From: Paramoeba atlantica | Lineage: Eukaryota; Protista; Discosea | Direction: 5' to 3' | DNA: 64,000 nt | Assembly: GCA_977017575.1 (NCBI GenBank) | Contig: CDRNVI010000024.1 | Location: forward strand, 248,001 to 312,000 | Shown: piece by piece, positions 19,105-27,683 of the stretch | Numbering within the stretch: the first letter of the stretch is position 1 | How the letters are laid out: the number at the start of each line of letters is the position of its first letter | Translations under genes and position numbers: made by a program | Notes under the pieces: generated by a model | The model's database searches: none | Told to the model about the DNA's origin: nothing | The model's input: the letters and a program-made list of their open reading frames with translations, nothing else

Positions 19105-19206
19105 GCCCCAGTTCCCTTCTCGGGAACCGGGGCCTTCAAGCGAACTTAGAGTTCGAAGCTTCTCATACCAACAAGGTACAGAAACTGTATCTTTATCGTT
19201 AAAGTT
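19105..19206 (-). ncRNA. SL: Spliced leader RNA gene, copy 1 (exon 19206-19169; 3' end approximate)
   Basis: AACTTTAACGATAAAGATACAGTTTCTGTACCTTGTTG|GTATGAGAAGCT has the AACT cap start, the ACAGTTTCTGTAC core and the TTG/GTATGAGAAGCT donor of kinetoplastid SL RNAs, followed by two stem-loops. Confidence 0.92.
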
Positions 19207-19299
19207 AACAAGGGCTTTACCAACCACCAGAGCTCATTGTTCGCTTTTGTCAAACTGATGAACTTGTTGTTCCACGAGTCTTAGCCCAAAATGCAACCT

Positions 19300-19380
19300 G
19301 GAAACTTGTCTAGTGGCAGGGCGTGCTTTTCTGAGACTGACGAACCAAACTCCTGGTTCGATTCCCGCCCCGTCAATTTT
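19300..19380 (+). promoter_or_regulatory. Pseudo-tRNA Pol III unit (A box, B box, T4) divergent from SL copy 1; repeated at 19597-19677
   Basis: TGTCTAGTGG at 19307-19316, GGTTCGATTCC at 19355-19365, TTTT at 19377-19380. No intact cloverleaf. Confidence 0.6.
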
Positions 19381-19401
19381 CGCTTATTGTAACGCAAATA
19401 A

Positions 19402-19503
19402 GCCCCAGTTCCCTTCTCGGGAACCGGGGCCTTCAAGCGAACTTAGAGTTCGAAGCTTCTCATACCAACAAGGTACAGAAACTGTATCTTTATCGTTAAA
19501 GTT
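19402..19503 (-). ncRNA. SL: Spliced leader RNA gene, copy 2 (exon 19503-19466)
   Basis: Same sequence as copy 1, offset 297. Confidence 0.92.
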
Positions 19504-19682
19504 AACAAGGGCTTTACCAACCACCAGAGCTCATTGTTCGCTTTTGTCAAACTGATGAACTTGTTGTTCCACGAGTCTTAGCCCAAAATGCAACCTGGAA
19601 ACTTGTCTAGTGGCAGGGCGTGCTTTTCTGAGACTGACGAACCAAACTCCTGGTTCGATTCCCGCCCCGTCAATTTTCGCAA

Positions 19683-19760
19683 CACGTGGCAAACTGTAGC
19701 CATGTGCTGAATGTCAAAACACTTGCACGGAGGTTCGATCCTCAGCCCGTGTGACCTTTT
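19683..19760 (+). ncRNA. tRNA-like or vault-RNA-like small Pol III element
   Basis: Stems ACACG/CGTGT, TGGC/GCCA, GTGC/GCAC and GAGG-TTCGAT-CCTC, then TTTT. No canonical 7-nt anticodon loop. Confidence 0.35.
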
Positions 19761-19892
19761 CGAATGATAAAAACCCCGGAAGCCACTGCGCTAGCGTAAA
19801 CATGGTGAGTAGCGCCTCTGTGGGACACTCAGGATGAGGCAGATTGTCGTGGAAAATATTTCTTTCATAGTGGGGATTTCACAAGTCACGCC

Positions 19893-20011
19893 GGGTACGA
19901 CCATACTACGGTGAAAACACCACATCCCGTTCGCTTTGTGAAGTTAAGCACCGTCAGGCTCAGTTAGTACTGAGGTGAGCGATCGCTCGGGAACCCTGAG
20001 TGTTGTACTCT
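19893..20011 (+). rRNA. 5S: 5S ribosomal RNA
   Basis: GGGTACGACCATACT..GAAGTTAAGC..GTTAGTACTG..GTGTTGTACTC, about 119 nt, followed by a T6 terminator at 20011-20016. The 5' end is euglenozoan-type. Confidence 0.97.
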
Positions 20012-20610
20012 TTTTAAATGCAAGAGGAATCAGGTGGTGAGGTTTCGACGACCTTTCACGACGTTTCACGAGATTTTCTTCAATGTCGTCTTTGCCTCTC
20101 TCACCTCAAGGGCCTAGTTGCGTTTCGAATCGGCATTGACTCCTCGGGACGCTGTGATTTTTACGTACGGCTTTATAATACAGGGCGCATAGATGCCTTT
20201 GTATGTATGAATGTATGTAAAACAGGCGGTTACCCTTGTTCAATGATGTCGCCTCCCCTGAGAAAGCAGGGAAACTTGGAGGAAAGTGCCTGGTCGCTGA
20301 ACGGTCGATACTCTGTGGAGTATCGATATGGCATAGGTGCCTTTACATCCCCATACTCCCCGTCAGGAAGTGCGGTGCCACGCTACTGGAGCAGGTGGTG
20401 GGATGGATGTAACGTCTGCAAACCAAGGAAGCGGAATCCTCTGGCATCGAGAGGTGTCACCTTGCTGCTGCGGTGTATCGAACAGATAGCCTAACACACG
20501 TAAGCTCCCATCTAAGGAAGATTTCCGTTTACTGATCGACCCACAACGCATTCGGAGGTTTTCCCCCGCAGACAAAGGTGTGGTCAGAAGCGTTCCGCGT
20601 ATTCGAAGCC

Positions 20611-21603
20611 GGGGCACCCGCACCCTTATCTGTCATAGAAACTCGCACCCTTATCTGTCATAATGCACCCTTATCTGTCATACTGCACCCTTATCTGTCA
20701 TAATGCACCCTTATCTGTCATACTGCACCCTTATCTGTCATAATGCACCCTTATCTGTCATACTGCACCCTTATCTGTCATATAAGCCGCACCCTTATCT
20801 GTCATACTGCACCCTTATCTGTCATAATACATTTTTTGTTAATTTTCTGTGAATGACGGTGGAAGGTAGAGTCAGCACACGCATCGACTCAACTCATCGG
20901 TCGCATATCGCATTGTTATATCTCTGTCATTCTTTTTCGCGTCTACAGCTCCGGTTTTTTCTCTCTTTATGATATCTAGACCTTGTCGTATCTGGGATTT
21001 CCGTGGTTTGTCTCGGTGTCGCCCAATACAACTGAGCATCACCTAGGGCTTCGCAAATTGCTTCCCACGAACTCAGCGTCACACTTTGACGTGACTCATT
21101 GGCCCGGCCGGCCCCTCCGTGCGTTCGGCCTCTCATTTCCCCCAAAACAACTACCACCTTCCCCCCATTTATCAGGGGTCGCTCGCGCGACCGCAGCTAA
21201 ATAGGGGGGGAAGGTGGTAGTTGTGGGGTATGGAGGCCTCTCGCAACTCCGGGGCCTCACCGGGACCACAATTGAGGCTACCTATTTTTTACGTTAACTG
21301 TGTAGCAAAATTGTAAATTTTTGGAAGGGGTTGAATTTTTTTTTAGGGGTTGAAATCATTTTTAGGCCTTGAAATTTTTTTTAAGGGGTCGACTTTTTTT
21401 AATCGGTTTATGGCAGATAAGGGTGCGGCTTATATGACAGATAAGGGTGCGGCTTATATGACAGATAAGGGTGCAGTATGACAGATAAGGGTGCAGTATG
21501 ACAGATAAGGGTGCATTATGACAGATAAGGGTGCATTTATGACAGATAAGGGTGCGAGTGGGCGGTCGTACGCATCGGTGAAATATTCCGAGCCTTCGGC
21601 CCC
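20611..21603. mobile_element. Non-coding foldback/MITE-like element with inverted arrays of a ~20-bp unit
   Basis: Ten copies of GCACCCTTATCTGTCAT at 20620-20826 and seven inverted copies at 21411-21555. Confidence 0.75.
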
Positions 21604-23580
21604 TGGCAAACGCCTTCGGTTCCGTCCCACATGAAATAATTATCACAGTACTAAAAAGGGCTCATATCGACCCAGTTATTATCCATTACCTCCGAAAGCT
21701 CTATGAGAATGCAGAAATACAGCTCAAGCTGGAATCCGGACTTACAGAACCAATCAACGTACATATTGGAGTACTCCAGGGCGACACGCTTTCACCAATT
21801 TTATTTAACCTTGTGATGGAAACCATAATACGTTACGTTCGCAAGGCACGCCCCACTTTCGGGTACCATGACGGCCAGGACTCTCATTTCTGCAAAGCGT
21901 TTGCCGACGACGTGACTTTCCTTACGCAAACTCCGACGCAAGCACAAGAAGTCTCTGAAATCTTCGAAACTGCGCTCTCTTCCCTACTTATGAAGCCTAA
22001 CACCTCAAAATGTCGCGTCTACTGCTTGGGACAAAGCACACACCGTGGATTCACTACGCTCTCTCCTAAGCTTGTCCTTCGTAGCGAGGAGATCCCGCAT
22101 ATAGCTCACAAGGGTACGAAGTTCTTGGGTATGATATTGTCAACCGGAAGAAGCACACCCCGAGTGGTCTTTGATGAAATGCGGAAAAGGTTACGTACAA
22201 TGATGACCCGCATCGACCAGAGCAAGCACGCGATACATGCACGTATGTGGATGTACGAAAATGCGGTGTTATCCAGAATGCGCTATCTTCTCACTGTACA
22301 TGACGGGCTTACACTCAATCTCATCAAAAGACTACAGAAAACGTGCAGCCGCTTCCTGCGAAAATGGGTCAACCTTGCAGCATACGCACACCCCGACCAG
22401 CTCTACATCAAAAATGGGGGATGGGGACTAACATCAATGACCCAACTCTGGCGCGAATGCACCGTCTCCTGTCTTGCGACTCTCCAGTCTTCTTCGGATA
22501 TAGTCACACAACACGTATTAGAAGGGCGCATGGAATGGGAGAAAACTCTTGACTCCGCACACCACCACAGACCCGCTATCCTCGCAGCCGACCGACTTCA
22601 TGACAAACAGAGCACCAGAGCTTGGGTCCGCCGATACACCGAAAACGAGCTGATAGCTGAGTATCGTCGCCGCGCTCCCGTCGCAGCTAAATGGTTTAGT
22701 GAGGAGACAGATGCTGAGTTAGCTGAGGATTTTGCGCGAGCTCTGCACAATATACATGGAAAAGAACTCTCTCGGTTTACCTCGATGGTCATGACCAGTT
22801 ACGCCCCGCCGAGCCTATCTAACTCACGTGCATGGGGGAAGGCTGATGGACACGTCATCTGTCCGATCTGTCGTGAAAGGAAGCAAACCTTACGACATGT
22901 CCTAACCAGCTGTACAACATCTCTCTTACAAGGCCGTTATACATACCGACACAATATGATTTTGAAGGTCCTACTAGACACGCTTCGAAGTTGTGGTCAC
23001 ATACGAGCAATGTCTTTTGATCTACCTGGCAACCCCTCCGAGGAGCACCCACCATCATGGCTAGCAAACTTTAGCACACTACGACCAGATGGGTGGATTC
23101 TCCTAGAAGATGGCTCAGAATACATCATTGAACTCACCTCCCCGTGGGAAGAAAATTTTGATCAAGCCCGCGAACGAAAGCGCGCAAAGTACGAGGAGAT
23201 TTTGCGCTACCGACAGGCAACAAACGTACGCACGAGCCTCATAACATTTGAGGTCGGAGCTCGGGGCAAACTTAGCGATAGTACGCTCGATCTTTCCTGG
23301 GTATTCCCAAAAGATCATAAACACCACGTTCGCAAAATGCGTGAAAACTTTGCCCTTACTGCACTTCAGGCTTCATTTAGGCTATATACTATGCGACAGA
23401 ACCCCACCTGGAACCCACCACAAACAGCTTGAGTAGGAAAATCTCTTTCGGAACAAGATCCTGATCTTTGCGAGGACTATCCGGAGTGAAAATCTCTAGT
23501 GTACAGGGACCTGGTGAGCGGGTCCGTTAGCTCACGGACCGGGCTTGCTTGGCGCATGGAAAATGAAAATCAAAAAAAAA
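21603..23580 (+). mobile_element. 5'-truncated non-LTR retrotransposon of the RLE class (HERO/NeSL/R2-like); ORF 21603-23432, 3' UTR and A9 tail
   Basis: Open frame from LANAFGSVPH through GVLQGDTLSPILF, FADD, CCHC finger (CPIC..HVLTSC), GRYTYRHN, RPD and IIELTSPWEE. Poly(A) at 23572-23580. Confidence 0.9.
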
Positions 23581-23699
23581 TCTTGGGTGTTCCACAAAAG
23601 TCCTTGACTTGTGCAAAAGTCCTTGACTTGTGCAAGTCCTTGACTTACAAACGGAAGCAAAAATCGTGCAATTATTGTACGTGTGCTTCTCTCTAGATA

Positions 23700-23811
23700 C
23701 GTGGGAAGCAATTTGCGAAGCCCAACTACCTTGATAACAAATTCTAGTACCCATTCGTGGGAAGCAATTTGCGAAGCCCAACTACCTTGATAACAAATTT
23801 TAGTACCCATT
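23700..23811. repeat. 56-bp tandem repeat x2, preceded by a ~19-bp tandem AAGTCCTTGACTTGTGC at 23596-23646
   Basis: Direct inspection. The first ~24 bp also occur inverted at about 21044-21068. Confidence 0.85.
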
Positions 23812-24146
23812 TTGGCCGCGCGGAGACCCCCGCGTGAGCGGGGGTGCGCGCGGCCGCGAAACGGCGAGGGCCCGCGTGAGCGGGCCTGAGCCGTACCCCG
23901 CGTAGGATTCCCCTGTTTTTTTTTGATATCTTTAAGAACGTTGAGTATGTTTTCATATCATGTTTACTTGGGTTTTTTCCGCTCATTCTTAAGGTTGGCC
24001 TTGTTTTTCCCTCATGTAAACATACGTAAACGAATTTTTACGAATTTCGTAAAAATCATTGGAATAATAATTAACGGAATATTTCCTTCCCAAAAAAATA
24101 TTCCGTTAATTATTATTATTGCTAATAAGTACTTTCACGGTAATAA

Positions 24147-24765
24147 CAATAATAATAAAAACAAGCAATCCAGACCCAATCCATTCGCGCGTTCCGGACC
24201 GGGTCTTTCGACCTCTCCTTTTTCTTTCGACCTCTCCTTTTTTTTTTTGAATTATTTGTTCACTGTTGAACTCGTAGTAGTTACGAATACGTCACAAATA
24301 ATAAGTTTTTTTTAAACGTACCACAATAATATGAAATAGGCCTTCAATAAATCCGGATAATATAATGTTGTATAATGTAGAAAGTACAAAGTGAAAGGGG
24401 TATACCCTTCCATGCCCCGCAGCCACCAACCCGCTCACACGTCATACATACCCGAACACTGGTTCCTGGACAATATCCTGCTCAAATTCACCTCCACTAA
24501 AACTTTTTTTTTCCAATAAATAGGGGTGGAGAAGTATAAAACGCGGCATTGCCTCTATATTTTTACCCAGTAGACGAACCAAGTAGGTCCATTGGGGGGG
24601 GTATATGATTTGTAAACAAGCAATCAAATTAGCAATTTCACATGTTGTAGCCCAAAACTAGTAATTCAACCTGCCTTAAGTTATTTATGATTTTGATAAC
24701 AATAATAATAAAAAGAAGCAATTCATGCCCAATCCATTCGCGCGTTCCGGACCGGGTCTTTCGAC
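24147..24765. repeat. ~65-bp direct repeat pair (about 24147-24212 and 24702-24765)
   Basis: AATAATAATAAAAA..CCCAATCCATTCGCGCGTTCCGGACCGGGTCTTTCGACC occurs twice. Confidence 0.8.
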
Positions 24766-25180
24766 CACTCCTCGGCCTGACTTGTGAACCCTTCCCTTGT
24801 TATATGGGAGGGCGCAGGCGCGGGCTTGTGCCGACAGCGGCACGGTCGCGAAACAGGGTGCTGGCCGACGGGGAGGAAGTTTTAGTTCCCGACCCATGTC
24901 CTACCTCACTTGGAGTACCTAGCCCGTGAGGGCTAGGCGTGAGCATAGACCCTGTCGGCATCGACCAGCATCCAGGCCAGCCATCTATGAGGGCGCAAAC
25001 GTGGGTCTGTGCTGACTGCCGTCCGGTCAGGAAACTCGTTTACTCCCCCAAGCAAGAAAACAAGGGAGAAGGCGTTTAACCATCATGCGGGCCTGAAGGC
25101 GCATGAGGGTCACGTTTAACTCCGTGAAGATTCTGCTCGTCGCCCCCCCTTCTGTCAATAACCCGCACGAGGCATGGGCA

Positions 25181-25315
25181 CGTCGCCGAGAACTGTTTTC
25201 TCATTTTGCGGAAGACAAGAAAGAAGATTCCGAAGACGAAGAAACTTTTGAAAACATTCCAGAAGATTTAGACAATCAATTATCTATTGGATTTGACGCT
25301 TTCTGCTATTCTTAA
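25181..25315 (+). pseudogene. C-terminal remnant of a pogo-like transposase
   Basis: RRRELFSHFAED..IPEDLDNQLSIGFD aligns with RRRDLFSYVAED..MPEELDSQLQIGID at 52250-52372. Confidence 0.55.
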
Positions 25316-25768
25316 GTATTTCTTAATTTGATCCAAAATATGTGATTTAATTCCATATCAGCGGGCTACAATTCGTTCTTTCAATACAATCATGTATAAA
25401 CCCAAGTTATGCATGGTACGCAGTTTGTGCTGACTCTAAGAAGTGTAATTGAGTCGTTAAGCCTTTATTATTGCTCCATTACAAAGATAGAGAATTGAAC
25501 TTAATAATACGTCTTGAAGCATAGTTTTATTGTTTTTTCTCCCCCTACAAAACAAAGCAATGGTAAAACTTCGATCACAAGCGCGATCTCAGTCGTCACA
25601 GGATGGATGGTCACTCTCGGAAAGGAATGCTGGACTGCGGTAGACAGAAGCTACACTAGGTCATTAATAATGATAATGATAACAACAATCTCAAAAAAAA
25701 TATCAATCTTGAGGATTATCATTATCATTATTAATGACAGGGGGAGTATTGAGCGGTCTGTTATTATT

Positions 25769-26086
25769 CTAAATTCCATGATGAAGCAATTCCCATATTC
25801 CTTGATCTAATGGGCACCTGTTACTCGAGGATAACCAACGATTTATACAATGCGCATGGAAAACGTGGTTACATTTTCCCCACGCTGGCACGCAGCGCGA
25901 GGTGAAGTCTATATTCGGTTTACAAATTGGACAAAGCTCATAAATCTCAGTCTTGCATATGCAGCATTCTTCGTATTCATTGCACCATTCCCACAAGGCT
26001 ACTGGGGAACACCCTAAAAGCTGTACATCTGTGAAGCATAATGAAGTCTGTACCTTACATGACAGAGCCCCCTCTGCAACGACCAT
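25769..26086 (-). CDS. RBX1: RING-H2 cullin subunit RBX1/ROC1-like
   Basis: VALWEW..CCICK..C..C..AWGKCNHVFHAHCINRWL..RCPLDQ.IWE. Confidence 0.85.
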   Translation of the reverse strand: MVVAEGALSCKVQTSLCFTDVQLLGCSPVALWEWCNEYEECCICKTEIYELCPICKPNIDFTSRCVPAWGKCNHVFHAHCINRWLSSSNRCPLDQGIWELLHHGI

Positions 26087-26699
26087 GCAAAAAATAAATA
26101 CGATGTCTTAAAGCAATTCGTAAAATTAAGGAAATGCTGACTTATTACAGTCTAGATATTGGTTTTCCCCCAGGCCACAGAGGAATTTGTAGCCATAGGA
26201 AGGAATTTGTATAATACCCCCCCTATCCTACCGTTGCCCCGGTAGCCCCCACCCTATTAGCGTTGCTTTTGAAGAGAATGAATCCTGCGAAGAGGCAATT
26301 TTTTTTCATAATTTTAATTGAATTTTTGTGGTATCATATTCATAAATTCAAATAGGAAATTATCATCCTCGAAACCCAGGCTAAAGTGGACGAGGGAGAT
26401 ACCAGTAGTACATGTGCGGCAGTTTCCCACAGGAAAAACGGCATCTACACCTCTGTATGCGCCTGTATGTTCCCATGCCATAAGGGAGATACAGTTTACA
26501 AAATCTCACATGTTTTTATATTTCGAATGTCCTCCAAGGGTTACTGCCTTGACAGAGGATCTGCTGCATTTTGATCTCCAGGTTTGATCTCCAGGTATTT
26601 TGATCCACCAGAGATCCAATGAAAAACCATATAGCATCTTCAGATTTCAAATTCGTTTAATTATATTACGCGCCTCCAAAGAACTGCTGTATCCGTTGA

Positions 26700-26860
26700 T
26701 TACTGAGGTTTTCGCTGGCGAGCAATCCGTTGCAACAACAAACTTTGCGACCTCATCCATTCTCTTATCTTCTGTGGGTTTCCTTCGTCTTCCTTGGTGC
26801 AGAGTAGGACCGCGCGCTCAAAACGCCACGGGAAGTCCTCTGAAGACTTTTTACGAATTT
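26700..26860 (-). pseudogene. Possible pogo N-terminal (Brinker-like HTH) remnant
   Basis: IRKKSSEDFPWRF..PQKIREWMRSQSLL; weak resemblance only. Confidence 0.25.
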
Positions 26861-27683
26861 TAGCACCGCCGCAGATGAAAGTTACCTTTATAATAGCTCC
26901 CCTTTACAATACTCCCCTTTATAATACATGTAGCTCTGTAAGTACATATCCTCCAATTGAGGTCATATAATTTTTAGAATGTTACCGTTTTCTGCTGTTT
27001 CTTATTAGCGGGACATACCACATCCGTGCTCTTGTGCCCCACGTTTCCACCTCTTTCGTAACAATACGTCTTGTTTTTGCACTCGGTTTTCTAGCACTTC
27101 CCTGCGCTCTATTTTGAAAAATAGAAAAAATGAAAGAAAAATAGCGCGTACTGTGAACACCCTTCAATACGGACAGATTTTTGGACTGTCCGTATTAAAG
27201 GGGGGAGTGCTAAGGATGAGAAAATGACTCTATTTTTACGAAAAAAACGAAAACAAAATTGGCACCGCTTCGCGGAGCCTGTTTCTTTTGATGAAATTGT
27301 TGAAAGGGGGTGATTTGTAGTGGAGACAAAAATCACATGCACAATAAAAAGAACTGCAGGATAAAGAAACGTTTCCTTCAGGAAGTGAGAGCGACTTTTG
27401 TTTGCGAAAAACTGTGTAGTTCTTCTAGATCTGTTGAATTTCGAAGGAATTAGGTCAAAAGCTCACACGGTGTGCTCTGGAGCCTGGGGGGCCAAGAGCT
27501 GGACTGTACACCCGCATCAGGTGTTAAAACACGAAAATCAAGTTGTGGGCAAACATTCCCAACTTTCTTGCTCTTATTCTGCCCGATTTAGCGTTTTGTA
27601 GTAAAACAATATTAAGAGTCGTTCCGTTTCTTGTTAAATGTGATAGTTGTGTGCTTTTTCTGACGCATGCACGATGTTTGATG

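Larger units (their letters stand above)
19087..19680. repeat. Two identical-looking 297-bp tandem units (SL RNA gene repeat)
   Basis: Units 19087-19383 and 19384-19680. Confidence 0.95.

Noticed and set aside
19300-19380. Functional tRNA gene in the SL repeat
   Set aside because: A and B boxes are present, but the acceptor, anticodon and T stems do not pair; reported as a pseudo-tRNA or promoter.
20018-20600. Possible RT or RNase H remnant (GFRFLG and VLGYLFD on minus; VIFTYG on plus)
   Set aside because: Isolated short motifs in inconsistent frames and strands; too weak without a profile search.
20620-20826. CRISPR-like array
   Set aside because: Units are directly tandem with no unique spacers, the context is eukaryotic and there are no cas genes.
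23572-23620. SL-targeted insertion of the RLE retrotransposon
   Set aside because: The sequence after the poly(A) tail does not match the SL exon or repeat unit.
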